Source: Pedobacter sp.
GTDB lineage: Bacteria > Desulfobacterota > Desulfuromonadia > Desulfuromonadales > Syntrophotaleaceae
NCBI GenBank assembly: GCA_050253415.1
Contig: JBFWJC010000003.1
Location: 64,001-128,000 of the forward strand
Length of the DNA: 64,000 nucleotides
Direction: 5' to 3'
A program made the translations under genes and the position numbers. The notes beneath the pieces were generated by a model that was not told the DNA's origin, did no database searches, and saw nothing but the letters and a program-made list of their open reading frames with translations. Below are positions 1 through 10,800 of the stretch, one piece after another. Within the stretch, counting starts at the first letter, position 1, and every line of letters starts with the position of its first letter.

Positions 1-1257
1 CCATTTTTCCAGTTCGATTTCCGAGGCGTCGTCAAACACCAGGGTGCCTTTGGCCATCTCTTCGTAGGTGCGGTCGTAGTCGTCGTTATGGGCGAATTCA
101 TAGCCTGCAGCAACGATTTCCATGCCGAGATCTTCATAAGCGCCGATGGTGTGACGGGGGCGCAGACCACCTACGAACAACATAACGCGTTTGCCTTCAA
201 GGCGCGGACGGTACTCATCGATGACTGCCTGCATCTTGGGCTGATACGCTGCAATGATCTTTTCGGCGTTGTCCTGGATCTTCTGGTCAAAGCGAGCGGC
301 AATGGCACGCAGGCTGGCAGCGATCTTGGACGGGCCGAAGAAGTTGAATTCCATCCAGGGGATACCGTATTTCTCTTCCATGACCTTCGCCATGTAGTTC
401 ATGGACCGGTAGCAGTGGATGAGGTTCAGTTTTACCTGGTGGGTGGCGGCGATATGCTCGATCTGGCCGTCGCCGGTCCAGATGGCTTTGACGTTGAGCC
501 CCATTTCTTCGAGGATCTTTTTCGAGGCCCAGGCGTCACCACCGATGTTATAGTCACCGATCAGGGCGATATCGTAATCCGTCGCCGGTTCGGCAAATTC
601 GCGGGTGCCGATGATGTAGTCGCGAATGGTATCGTTGGAAATGTGATGACCCAACGACTGGCTGACGCCGCGGAAACCTTCGCAGTTACAGGGGACAACC
701 GGGATTTTCAAATCATCCGAGGCTTTTTTTGCAACGGCGTTGATATCGTCGCCGATGAGACCGACCGGACACTCGGACAATACCGAAATACCTTTTGCCA
801 GAGGGAACAGTTCGCGAACTTCATCACAGATCGTTGCGAGTTTTTTATCGCCGCCGTAGACGATGTCTTTTTCCTGGAAGTCGGAGGTGAACTGCATACC
901 GCTGAAGACATCTACGCCCATGGTTCCGTCTACCAGGTTACGCCGGGTACCCCAGCTGTAGTAGCCACAACCGACCGGACCGTGGGAAATATGCACCATG
1001 TCGCGGATCGGGCCCCAGACGACGCCTTTGGCACCGGCGTAGGCGCAACCGCGGGCGCTCATGACGCCGGGGACGGTCTTGCGGTTGGACTTGACGACGC
1101 AGCCTTCGACGCCGGGGTCGTTGGCGGTCATGTGGGGAGCGCGTTTTTTACGGGCTTTTTCGGTATAGAGCTCAAGAGTCTCTTCAATCAGCGCTTCCGT
1201 CTTCTCTTTTTCGATGCCCTCAAGGGGAGCCTTGACGGCTGCATTTTCGTTTTCCAT
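1..1257 (-). CDS. nifD: Nitrogenase MoFe protein alpha chain (3' end lies outside the window)
   Basis: Hand translation of the minus strand from ATG 1257 (RBS AGGAG) gives MENENAAVK...[19 protein letters not shown]...HGPVGC...[11 protein letters not shown]...[13 protein letters not shown]...IHCYRSMNY...GGLRPRH...YEFAHNDDY. These are NifD motifs. The gene lies directly downstream of nifH and is absent from the ORF track because it is truncated. Confidence 0.96.
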   Translation of the reverse strand, partial: MENENAAVKAPLEGIEKEKTEALIEETLELYTEKARKKRAPHMTANDPGVEGCVVKSNRKTVPGVMSARGCAYAGAKGVVWGPIRDMVHISHGPVGCGYYSWGTRRNLVDGTMGVDVFSGMQFTSDFQEKDIVYGGDKKLATICDEVRELFPLAKGISVLSECPVGLIGDDINAVAKKASDDLKIPVVPCNCEGFRGVSQSLGHHISNDTIRDYIIGTREFAEPATDYDIALIGDYNIGGDAWASKKILEEMGLNVKAIWTGDGQIEHIAATHQVKLNLIHCYRSMNYMAKVMEEKYGIPWMEFNFFGPSKIAASLRAIAARFDQKIQDNAEKIIAAYQPKMQAVIDEYRPRLEGKRVMLFVGGLRPRHTIGAYEDLGMEIVAAGYEFAHNDDYDRTYEEMAKGTLVFDDASEIELEKW

Positions 1258-1333
1258 GGGTAACTCCTGTGGTGATGGCTGGTAGGGGGTGGCGGCCCGG
1301 CCGGGGGCCGCCGTTCCCAATGCTGTCTATTCG

Positions 1334-2299
<966 letters not shown>

Positions 2300-2321
2300 T
2301 TAATAGCCTGTTAATGTCCTG

Positions 2322-2402
2322 AAAAATAAAAAGCCCACAATGACAGGGAATCTTCTGTCGTCGTGGGCGTCGTTGCCGTAAGCCTGACACGCCATTGTGT
2401 CA
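2322..2402 (-). promoter_or_regulatory. ANTAR-binding twin-hairpin RNA overlapping an intrinsic terminator in the nifH leader
   Basis: Minus strand: hairpin TGACAC-AATGGC-GTGTCA (2402-2385) and hairpin GGC-AACGAC-GCC (2377-2366). Both have 6-nt loops with A1 and G4. The second overlaps the terminator GCCCACGACGACAG..CTGTCATTGTGGGC-TTTTTATTTTT (2368-2322). Confidence 0.88.
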
Positions 2403-2423
2403 TGTGCTTTCGGTTATCCTTGT

Positions 2424-2440
2424 TGCAGGGGGCGTGCCAA
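2424..2440 (-). promoter_or_regulatory. sigma54 (-24/-12) promoter of nifH
   Basis: Minus strand TTGGCACGCCCCCTGCA (GG-N10-GC), immediately upstream of the ANTAR hairpins. Confidence 0.85.
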
Positions 2441-2709
2441 GATTGAATTGCCCAAAATAGCGGCTTTTGGCTTGCATGGTGGCGAGAAAATGCTGCCTTT
2501 TTGAGGATGGTGGTTAATCCTTGTGCAAAATAGGTATGGATCAGGTTTCAAAAAAAAACCGTGTTTGTATGAGGTTGTGGTTGGTACTCCAGTAAATAGC
2601 TCAATTTAGAACAGACGGGCTATTTGTTCTTGGTCACTTGTCATTTGTGACTTCGAGTTGCGGGGGCGGGGGGACAGGACGAATGACCAAGGACAAAGGA
2701 CGGGGTAAA

Positions 2710-2749
2710 GACAAAGCCCCGCCCGTGCATGCACGGGCGGGGCTTTGTC
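2710..2749. terminator. 40-bp perfect palindrome after speA (probable terminator)
   Basis: GACAAAGCCCCGCCCGTGCA|TGCACGGGCGGGGCTTTGTC, just past the speA stop codon. Confidence 0.6.
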
Positions 2750-2761
2750 ATATATTTAGGG

Positions 2762-4723
2762 TCAGATGCTGCCCAGGTAGGTGTAGGACACCAGCGCCTT
2801 ATCAAGCAGTTCCAGGAAATGGCTGGTTTCCTCAAAGGAGATTTTGCGCGATGCGACGCCTTTTTCCAAGGTGTCGCGGACGTGCTTGAGAATTTCCGGA
2901 CCCTTGTACTGTACGTACTTGAGGCTTTCCCAGGTGGCGTCACCGTTGATCACGGTATCTATTTTATAATTAGTCTTGCGGTTGAAGGTGACGTGCACGG
3001 CGTTGGTGTCGCCGAACAGGTTGTGCAGATCACCGAGGATCTCCTGATAGGCACCGATCAGGAAAAAGCCTATATAATAGTCTTCGCCGGCTTCGATTTT
3101 ATGAATGGGCAAAAATTCGGTACGGCCGTTTTCACCAACGAAACTTGTGATCTCTCCGTCGGAATCGCAAGTGATGTCCGCGATGGAGGCCATGACCTCC
3201 GGTTTTTGCTGGAGTCGCTGGATCGGCACGATAGGAAACAGCTGATCGATGGCCCAGGAGTCGGGCAGCGACTGAAACAGCGAGAAATTTGCAAAATAGG
3301 TCTGGCGCAGGCTCAGGTGGAACTCCTGCAACTCATCGGGAACCGTTTTGAGACGTTCCACAATGCTGGTGATTTTGATAAAGATCTTGCTGCACAGCCA
3401 TTCCGCCAGGGCCCTGTCCTGCAGGTTCAGATATCCGAGGTTGAACAGGCTGACCGCTTCCTGAATCAACTGAATGGTATCGTGGTAGTCGACGCGCAGC
3501 GAATGGCGATCGAGGCTCTGGTAGATATCGACCAGTTTTTTTACCGTCGGTGAAAGGTTTTCGGTGTTTTCCAGGATCTGGTCAAAATCGGGCAGCGCGT
3601 TCTGGGTATTGGTGTTAAGAATATTGGTGACCAGCACCGAGTAATGGGCGACGGTGGCACGTCCCGATTCGGAGATGATATTCGGGCAGGCAACCCCGGC
3701 CTCGTCGCAAATATTTTTTACCTGATAGACGACATCGTTGGCATATTCGTCAATGGTATAGTTGGCGCTGGAGAAATCACTGGATTTTGAACCGTCGTAA
3801 TCGACGCCCATGCCGCCGCCGATATCCATATATTCAAGATTGACCCCCATTTTGCGCATTTCAACATAGATACGAGTACCTTCGATAAGGGCGTTTTTGA
3901 TCTTATCGATCTTGGTAATCTGGCTGCCTATATGAAAGTGCAGCAGATTGAGCGTGTCGAGCATGTCATGTTCTTTAAGGATCTCTACGGCCGCTAAAAG
4001 TTCCGAGATTTTGAGACCGAACTTGGCGTCATCCCCGCCGGAGGTGGCCCACTTGCCGGTACCCTTGGAGGAGAGCTTGACCCGAATGCCGAGCTTGGGC
4101 ACGATGCCCGCCTGCTTGGACAGGGAAATGACTTTTTCCAGTTCGAACAATTTTTCGACAACGATGGTAATGTCGTAGCCAATGCGGGTGGCGTAGAGGA
4201 CCATTTCGATAAAATCGTTGTCCTTATAGCCGTTGCAGATGATCGGAATATTCTCTCCGGTAGCAAAAGAGATGGCCGCTACCAGTTCCGGCTTGGAACC
4301 GACTTCCAGGCCCATGTTGTGCTTTTTGCCGAAATGGGCAATCGCCTCGACAACCTGGCGCTGCTGGTTAACCTTGATGGGAAAAAAGGTCTGGTAGTTG
4401 GCGGGATAATCGTATTCCGCAATAGCGTTTTTAAACGCGCGGTTGATCCCGGCGATACGCCCCTGCAGAACGTCCATGAAGCGCAGCAGAATCGGCGGCT
4501 TGATATTGCGCTTGATGAGGTCGTCCACCAGTGCCCGCAGGTCGATGGAGTATTTGGAACTCGGCGAGGGGTGGACACACATATTCCCCTTCTTGTTGAT
4601 GGAGAAGAAATCGTCCCCCCAGTTAGGCAGGTTGTAGACTTTTGCAGAGTCCTTGATCGACCAGCGTTTCATAGGCGTCACCCGTGGTTTGTTGATTGGT
4701 GTCTCGGAAGGGTTTGATACCAT
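2762..4723 (-). CDS. speA: Biosynthetic arginine decarboxylase (start may be ATG 4672)
   Basis: FPIKVNQ (PLP lysine), GLEVGSKPEL, HFHIGSQI, DIGGGMGVDYDG, ADITCDSDG. Confidence 0.95.
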   Translation of the reverse strand: MVSNPSETPINKPRVTPMKRWSIKDSAKVYNLPNWGDDFFSINKKGNMCVHPSPSSKYSIDLRALVDDLIKRNIKPPILLRFMDVLQGRIAGINRAFKNAIAEYDYPANYQTFFPIKVNQQRQVVEAIAHFGKKHNMGLEVGSKPELVAAISFATGENIPIICNGYKDNDFIEMVLYATRIGYDITIVVEKLFELEKVISLSKQAGIVPKLGIRVKLSSKGTGKWATSGGDDAKFGLKISELLAAVEILKEHDMLDTLNLLHFHIGSQITKIDKIKNALIEGTRIYVEMRKMGVNLEYMDIGGGMGVDYDGSKSSDFSSANYTIDEYANDVVYQVKNICDEAGVACPNIISESGRATVAHYSVLVTNILNTNTQNALPDFDQILENTENLSPTVKKLVDIYQSLDRHSLRVDYHDTIQLIQEAVSLFNLGYLNLQDRALAEWLCSKIFIKITSIVERLKTVPDELQEFHLSLRQTYFANFSLFQSLPDSWAIDQLFPIVPIQRLQQKPEVMASIADITCDSDGEITSFVGENGRTEFLPIHKIEAGEDYYIGFFLIGAYQEILGDLHNLFGDTNAVHVTFNRKTNYKIDTVINGDATWESLKYVQYKGPEILKHVRDTLEKGVASRKISFEETSHFLELLDKALVSYTYLGSI

Positions 4724-4756
4724 CCCGCAAAAAAATATCGAATCACCGACCGCATA

Positions 4757-5911
4757 TCAGGCCAGACGATTTTTAAAATCCTCGTAGCCGAAGCTGCGCA
4801 CGATCGTTAATTCCCCAGTATCCGGCTCGAAGGTGCAGATATGCGGGTGCTGAATACCGTTAAAGGTGGTGGTCTTGACCATGGTGTAATGCGACATGTC
4901 AAGAAACGCCAACCGTTTTCCGGGGTAAAGAGGCTGATCGAAAGACCAGTCACCGATTACGTCTCCGGCCAGGCACGAAGGCCCTCCCAGGCGATAGGTA
5001 CAGGCTTTTTCACCGGCGTCGTACCCATGGAAGACCCCGGGACGATAGGGCATTTCAAGCACATCAGGCATATGGCAGGTGGCGGAGATATCGAGGATAG
5101 CGGTATCGACCTGGTTATGTACTACATCCATTACTTCGCCGACCAGCAGGCCGGTGCCGATGGCGATGGCTTCTCCCGGTTCGAGATAGACCTGAACACC
5201 GTATTTTTCCTGAAAGTACTTGATCAGTTCCACCAGACCGTCGATATCGTAACCCTCGCGGGTGATGTGATGGCCGCCGCCGAAATTCAACCACTTCATC
5301 TGGGGCAAAAATTTACCGAACTTTTCTTCCACGACTTTGGCCGTGCGCGCCAACGGTTCGAAAAGTTGTTCGCACAGCGTGTGAAAATGCAGACCATCCA
5401 CACCATTCAGCGATTTGCCCTCAAACTCCGCCCGGCGGATGCCGAGTCGCGACCCTGGAGCACAGGGATCGTACAGAGCGGTATGCCCCTCGGAATGCTC
5501 CGGATTGATGCGCAAACCGACCGACACCCGGCCCTGCTCCTTTTGCCACAGCGGGCGGAATCGCTCCAGTTGCGCAAAAGAATTGAACACCAGGTGATTG
5601 GAGATGCCAAGTAATTCGACAACATCGCTTTCCTTGAACGCTGCAGCGAAACTGTGCACTTCGCGGCCAAATTCTTCGCGTCCGAGGCGGGCCTCCCACG
5701 GCGAACTGGCGCAGACCCCGTGCAGCGTCTCACGAATCAGCGGAAACACCTTCCACAAGGCAAAAGCCTTAAGAGCCATCAGGATTTTCGCGCCGCTGCG
5801 CTTTTGCACCTGGTCGAGAATCTCCAGGTTGTGCCGCAGTCGCCCAAGGTCGACCACGTAAGCCGGAGACGGTGCAAGCTCAAGAATTTTAGGAATATCG
5901 ATACCGGTCAC
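4757..5911 (-). CDS. nspC: Carboxy(nor)spermidine decarboxylase
   Basis: ALKAF, YDPCAPGSRLG, HFHTLCE, GGGHHIT, CHMPDVLEMPY, GPSCLAGD, HYTMVKTTTFNG. Confidence 0.95.
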   Translation of the reverse strand: MTGIDIPKILELAPSPAYVVDLGRLRHNLEILDQVQKRSGAKILMALKAFALWKVFPLIRETLHGVCASSPWEARLGREEFGREVHSFAAAFKESDVVELLGISNHLVFNSFAQLERFRPLWQKEQGRVSVGLRINPEHSEGHTALYDPCAPGSRLGIRRAEFEGKSLNGVDGLHFHTLCEQLFEPLARTAKVVEEKFGKFLPQMKWLNFGGGHHITREGYDIDGLVELIKYFQEKYGVQVYLEPGEAIAIGTGLLVGEVMDVVHNQVDTAILDISATCHMPDVLEMPYRPGVFHGYDAGEKACTYRLGGPSCLAGDVIGDWSFDQPLYPGKRLAFLDMSHYTMVKTTTFNGIQHPHICTFEPDTGELTIVRSFGYEDFKNRLA

Positions 5912-6035
5912 AATGGCCTCGTTTCAGCAGGGTGTGTCAGGGCAGACCGAATGCCGAAGACCCATAGCGCATGTTATGGATCTTCGGCGAGTACACCCTT
6001 TGTGTAGAGCTTGCAGCATGCTGCTGATAGCCGAA

Positions 6036-7235
6036 TTAAAGTTCCGGCCACTCGCCGCCGTCGATGACCACTGTCGGCAGGCCCATGGGGCCGAGTACGT
6101 CGAGGAACAGTTCGGGGTCGAACTGCTCCATGTTAAAGACCCCTTCACCGCGCCATTTGCCGGTCAGCATCATCATGGCACCGACCGCCGCCGGTACGCC
6201 GGTGGTGTAGCTGATGGCCTGTGAATTGACTTCCTTGTAGCAGGCCTCATGGTCGCAGATGTTGTAGATGTAAACCTGCTTGCGCTTGCCGTCTTTGATA
6301 CCGCGGGCAATCACGCCGATACAGGTGCGGCCTTTGGTCAGCGGACCGAGGCTGCCGGGATCGGGAAGTACGGCTTTGAGAAACTGCAGGGGCACGATCT
6401 TCTGTCCCTGGTACTCGACTTCGTCGATACGGGTCATGCCGACATTCTGCAATACCTCCAGATGCTTGAGGTAGTTGTCGGAAAAGGTCATCCAGAACTG
6501 GGCCTTTTTGATCGTCGGAATGTGCTTGACCAGCGATTCCATCTCCTCATGGTACATGCGGTAGATATTCATCGGACCGATCGCCTCGGGGAAGTCGAAG
6601 CTGTGCTTGGTGCTCAAAGCCGGGGTCTCGATCCACTGGCCGTTTTCCCAGTGACGGCAGGGAGCGGTGACCTCGCGGATATTGATTTCCGGATTGAAGT
6701 TAGTGGCAAACGGTTGACCATGGCTGCCGGCGTTGGCATCGATGATGTCGATTTCGTGAATCTCATCCAGATATTTCTTTGCCGCCAGTGCGGTATAGAC
6801 GTTGGTCACGCCCGGATCAAAACCGCTGCCGAGCAATGCCATAAGGCCTTTTTCCTTGAAGCGGTCATGGTAGGCCCACTGCCAGCTGTATTCGAATTTT
6901 GCTGTGTCGATGGGCTCGTAGTTGGCGGTATCGAGGTAATCGACCCCTGTCTCCAGGCAGGCATCCATGATGGTCAGGTCCTGGTAAGGCAGGGCCACGT
7001 TGAGCACCAGTTGGGGCTTTTCCTGTTTGATCAGAGCCACCAGTTCCGGCACGTTGTCCGCATCGACCTGGGCGGTTTTGATGGGAAAATCGGGGATCTC
7101 AGCGGCAATGGCGTCGCATTTGGACTTGGTCCGGGAAGCCAGCGTGATTGCACTGAACACGTCTTTCGCCTGGGCGCATTTGTGTACCACGACACGGCCT
7201 ACGCCACCTGCACCAATAATCAGCACCTTGCTCAT
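6036..7235 (-). CDS. Saccharopine dehydrogenase family protein, probable carboxy(nor)spermidine dehydrogenase
   Basis: GAGGVG, DYLDTANYE, GFDPGVTNV, FATNFNPEINIRE, YHEE; lies directly upstream of nspC. Confidence 0.92.
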   Translation of the reverse strand: MSKVLIIGAGGVGRVVVHKCAQAKDVFSAITLASRTKSKCDAIAAEIPDFPIKTAQVDADNVPELVALIKQEKPQLVLNVALPYQDLTIMDACLETGVDYLDTANYEPIDTAKFEYSWQWAYHDRFKEKGLMALLGSGFDPGVTNVYTALAAKKYLDEIHEIDIIDANAGSHGQPFATNFNPEINIREVTAPCRHWENGQWIETPALSTKHSFDFPEAIGPMNIYRMYHEEMESLVKHIPTIKKAQFWMTFSDNYLKHLEVLQNVGMTRIDEVEYQGQKIVPLQFLKAVLPDPGSLGPLTKGRTCIGVIARGIKDGKRKQVYIYNICDHEACYKEVNSQAISYTTGVPAAVGAMMMLTGKWRGEGVFNMEQFDPELFLDVLGPMGLPTVVIDGGEWPEL

Positions 7236-7380
7236 GGTTGTAATCCTTTTTAAGTTGATAGCCTGAAGTCTGGAGCCCCTTCGGATTATGCGACCGAAAT
7301 CTTACAGTACTCAGGATGTTTCCATTGGTCGACTTCTCAACCGCGAGGCGTGAATGCGCCGTACGGCTAATTCAGCCTTT

Positions 7381-7935
7381 TTATTTGCCCCTGTAGTCAA
7401 AAGTGGGCGGGGTTACCACCCATAAAATCTTGGCTGGGCCCTTGCCAATATTCTTGACCATGTGCCGCCGGTCCGAGGTGAAGAAAAAGCATTCGTTTTT
7501 CTTTACCGTGTACACTTTGTCATCCAGGCGGACCTGAATGCGTCCGAGCAGTACATAGCCAAACTCTTCACCTTCGTGAAAGTCCTGTTCATCCATTTCG
7601 GCGTCGGGTTCGAGAGTGACCAGAGCCGGATCCATCTCGCGGTTCTGAGCGCCGGGCACCAGCAGTTCCACTTTGACCGCATCGCCATCGTTGGTGGATT
7701 GGACGCGGGCATCGGCACCAAACACCACCTCGGTATCGACCGGATCGGTGAAGAATTCCTGCATGCTCACTCCGAAGACATCGAGAATGTCCTTGAGCGT
7801 TGCGATGGAAGGGCACGCCGTATCGTTTTCCAACTGGGAAATGTATCCCTTGGTCAAATCCGCACGGTTGCCGAGTTCCTCCTGGGTGAGCGAGTTGATC
7901 ATCCTGAGTCGCTTGAGTTTTTCCCCGATGTTCAA
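7381..7935 (-). CDS. XRE-family HTH plus cupin regulator (PuuR-like)
   Basis: HTH (LTQEELGNRADLTKGYISQLEN) and cupin (HEGEEFGYVLLG). Probable TTG start at 7935 after a GGAG RBS. Confidence 0.88.
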   Translation of the reverse strand: MNIGEKLKRLRMINSLTQEELGNRADLTKGYISQLENDTACPSIATLKDILDVFGVSMQEFFTDPVDTEVVFGADARVQSTNDGDAVKVELLVPGAQNREMDPALVTLEPDAEMDEQDFHEGEEFGYVLLGRIQVRLDDKVYTVKKNECFFFTSDRRHMVKNIGKGPAKILWVVTPPTFDYRGK

Positions 7936-7988
7936 ACCGCGCTCCGTGGTTAGAGGGTATGCCTGGCTAAGGGTGAAATCCGGCGCTG

Positions 7989-8041
7989 ATAATAGGGTTT
8001 TTCGCCACTTTGTCAACAATAAAGTTTAGGTATTATAAACT
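7989..8041 (-). promoter_or_regulatory. Putative sigma70 promoter and palindromic operator for the polyamine operon
   Basis: Minus strand TTGACA (8016-8011)-N16-TATTAT (7994-7989); adjacent inverted repeat AGTTTA-N7-TAAACT (8023-8041). Confidence 0.45.
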
Positions 8042-8328
8042 AAATGAATACTGGGATGACAAAGAAAGTTTTTACCTGCAACCGGAAAATGTAGTCATGT
8101 TTCCGTATTTATTCGTTTTTTAATAAATCCCCGAAGTGCATGAAGTGCGCTTGCATGTTCAGAGTATAACAAAAAGGCTAGGTTGTGCTGCCGGGAAAGA
8201 CCTGGAATGGCCGTATCCGTTTGAGTAGACAAAGTGGATGGGGGTGAAATTTTTGTTACGAGGGGGAGAGGCGTTGGCTGCTGGGGGCGTCTTATGGGTC
8301 CTGTCGGCGGAGGCCCATTGCTGATATC

Positions 8329-9246
8329 TCAGATTTCCAGTAGTTGTTTTCCCAGAGGAGATAAACGTACCAGGCGTTCTGCCAGGGTCATCGCTTCGGC
8401 TTTAACTTTGGGATCGAGCTTTTTCAACCATTGTCTGGGCATCGGCTCGTCGGCATAAGAGGCCCCGGCTATCATGCCGGCAATGGCGCCGGTGGTATCG
8501 GCATCGCCACCTTGATTGACCACTCCGATAAGGCACTCCTCAAAATGCGCGGTACTGAAAAAGTAGTGAAAAACCGTTTTCAGGGTATCCACCACATAAG
8601 CCGAAGCTTCGCCGCGATAATGGGTGCAGCGGAACTTTGGCTGTTCGCTGACAAGGTCTCGTACGATGCTATGCAGTTGCGGACGGTCGGCACCGAGCAG
8701 GGCTTGCTGCACCAGTTTGCCCACGGCAATGCAACCCGCGTCGGAGAGGTGATGATTATGGGTCAGATGGGCTTGTTCCAGGCTACACTTTTCAAGCAAA
8801 GCCTCGTCGCCAAGGGTATAAAGAGCCACCGGCAGCATGCGCATGGCTGCACCGTTACCGCCATCCCAGTCGCTGAAGGGTTTTTCCAGTTGGCCAGTCA
8901 TGATGAAATCGCTGATTCCGCGCCGGCAGGTGGCACCGACATCGATCGGTTTGCTGCGCAACCAGCCTGCGAAATGCTCGGCAATGCCGCGCAGGTTCCA
9001 ACCGTCAGACTCGTCGATGGCGCGGGCGATGCAGAGGCTCATCTCCGTGTCGTCGGTGACCTTGCCCGGTTTGAGGTTGAGCCACCCTCCGCCGATGATG
9101 CGACGATGGACTTTATGGCGAAATTTGATTTCCGAAGGGGTGAGAAATTCGGTAGTAGCGCCCAGGGCATCCCCGATGGCCAGGCCTAAAAAGGCGGATT
9201 GGGCGCGGCGGATGAGGTCTTTCAGCAAGGGCGGGGTCTCACTCAT
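8329..9246 (-). CDS. draG: ADP-ribosyl-[dinitrogenase reductase] glycohydrolase
   Basis: GDALG, TDDT, GNGAAMR, THNH, GDADT; overlaps the draT stop codon. Confidence 0.94.
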   Translation of the reverse strand: MSETPPLLKDLIRRAQSAFLGLAIGDALGATTEFLTPSEIKFRHKVHRRIIGGGWLNLKPGKVTDDTEMSLCIARAIDESDGWNLRGIAEHFAGWLRSKPIDVGATCRRGISDFIMTGQLEKPFSDWDGGNGAAMRMLPVALYTLGDEALLEKCSLEQAHLTHNHHLSDAGCIAVGKLVQQALLGADRPQLHSIVRDLVSEQPKFRCTHYRGEASAYVVDTLKTVFHYFFSTAHFEECLIGVVNQGGDADTTGAIAGMIAGASYADEPMPRQWLKKLDPKVKAEAMTLAERLVRLSPLGKQLLEI

Positions 9247-10043
9247 CGAAAGCCCCCTGTCACTACCTCAACGTCATATTCGCCACCGATCACAAGGTTC
9301 TCCTCTTCTCCGCGCAGCAAGGCGGAGGAAAACAGTCCGTTAAAAAAAAGAATTTTGCTGGTAGGAACCTTTACCGCCAGTACCTTGGAGCCGAATTCCC
9401 AGGCACGTTCAAAATCGCTGGTAAAGGAGTTGAGATTGTTGAGGCGCACCACGCAGTGATGGGGGTCGATTTGCTCCAGCAGTGGATGTTCGTCAAAATC
9501 GTAAATCCCCCGAAACAGCTCGAAGTGTGTTTGTCCGGGAAAGCGTCGCTGCAGTTCATACTGGGCAAATTCGAACAACAGGTCAAACTGGGCTTGAATG
9601 GCGCTGGTGCGTGCGCTGCCGCGCATGCGATCTATGAGATAGCCCTGGTAGGCTTTGGAATGGATATCGGAAATGGGCTGACCGTGATACGTGGGGGTGA
9701 GGCCGAAGCGGCTTTCAACCCAACCTTTGAGGACCGCACCCTCGCGACCATTGGAATCGAACATCCACCCCCGTAAAAATCGTAAGTAACTGTTCTTCAG
9801 ACTCTTCCTTCCGCCGACGGTGGTCTGCTGATCCCATTGGTGCAATTGGAAGGTGACATCCATGTAGTCATGAAACGTGGCTGTACGGCGCTCGGGGTCT
9901 GCCTCTGTTTCAAGGCGTTCAAAAAAACTCCGATGGCTTCGTCGCACCCCCTGCAATTCCAACGGCTTGGGATCCCGATTGAAATGGCGCGACGCTATGG
10001 CCCAGGGCGGCTGGGAACAGTAATTTGTACAGCACGATTGCAC
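9243..10043 (-). CDS. draT: NAD+-dinitrogenase reductase ADP-ribosyltransferase
   Basis: SYLRFLRGWMFDSNGREGAVLKGWVESRFGL, LNNLNSFT, GEEENLVIGG. Confidence 0.94.
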   Translation of the reverse strand: MQSCCTNYCSQPPWAIASRHFNRDPKPLELQGVRRSHRSFFERLETEADPERRTATFHDYMDVTFQLHQWDQQTTVGGRKSLKNSYLRFLRGWMFDSNGREGAVLKGWVESRFGLTPTYHGQPISDIHSKAYQGYLIDRMRGSARTSAIQAQFDLLFEFAQYELQRRFPGQTHFELFRGIYDFDEHPLLEQIDPHHCVVRLNNLNSFTSDFERAWEFGSKVLAVKVPTSKILFFNGLFSSALLRGEEENLVIGGEYDVEVVTGGFR

Positions 10044-10051
10044 TTGGTGGC

Positions 10052-10615
10052 TTACTCCATGGTCAACAGGATGGCTTCCGCCACCTCTTTGAGGGTTTTT
10101 CGCTTATTCATAGCCATGCGCTGAATTTTACGGAATGCATCCTGCTCGGACATGCCTTGTTCTATCAGCACGCCTTTGGCTTTTTCAATGATTTTACGCG
10201 ACTCAAGGGTATCTTTGAGTTTGGCTACTTCCTTGCGCAGACTGGTGACTTCAATAAAGTGATGAATCGCCAGATCGACGGCGGGGAACAACTGGTCTTC
10301 ACGGAACGGTTCAACCACATAATTGCTGATTCCGGCCAGACGTGCTTTTTCGATAGTCTCGTGGTCTGCACGGGTCGTCAGCAATACGATAGGGGTTGGG
10401 CATTTTTTGCTTATTTTTTCAGCAGCAGTGATGCCATCCATAACCGGCATGACGTAATCCATGATGATCAGCAGCGGCTTGTGAGCTTGGGCCATATCGA
10501 TAGCCTGCTGCCCGTTTTCTGCCTCCAGGATATCCGTAAACCCGTATTTTAACAGGGCTTCAGCCACGCGGCGGCGAATTTCGGGTTTGTCGTCAACGAC
10601 CAGTACGCTTTGCAC
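10052..10615 (-). CDS. ANTAR-domain response regulator (GnfR/NasT-like antiterminator)
   Basis: Receiver domain (VVDD, MDYVMP) plus ANTAR domain (LESRKIIEKAKGVL...AF..IQRMAMN). GTG start at 10615 after GGAGG. Confidence 0.92.
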   Translation of the reverse strand: MQSVLVVDDKPEIRRRVAEALLKYGFTDILEAENGQQAIDMAQAHKPLLIIMDYVMPVMDGITAAEKISKKCPTPIVLLTTRADHETIEKARLAGISNYVVEPFREDQLFPAVDLAIHHFIEVTSLRKEVAKLKDTLESRKIIEKAKGVLIEQGMSEQDAFRKIQRMAMNKRKTLKEVAEAILLTME

Positions 10616-10672
10616 GGAGTAAACCTCCAAGAAGGAAATGGTGATATGGAGCTATCGATCTCCCTAGTCTTT

Positions 10673-10690
10673 TGCATGATCGGTGCCCAA
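10673..10690 (-). promoter_or_regulatory. sigma54 promoter of the ANTAR regulator-draT-draG operon
   Basis: Minus strand TTGGGCACCGATCATGCA (GG-N10-GC), about 60 nt upstream of the start codon. Confidence 0.75.
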
Positions 10691-10800
10691 TATAAATATG
10701 CCTGCAGATAAGTCTTGAGATGCCTTTGTCGACCTCCCTGTATGGCGGATTTTGGTATGCTTAATTCAGATCGTTTACACATCTCTGGCGGAGGTCGTCC

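Noticed and set aside
2441..2640. NifA (TGT-N10-ACA) or NtrC-type upstream activator sites for nifH
   Set aside because: Only partial matches (e.g. repeated CAAAATAG); not enough to call a site.
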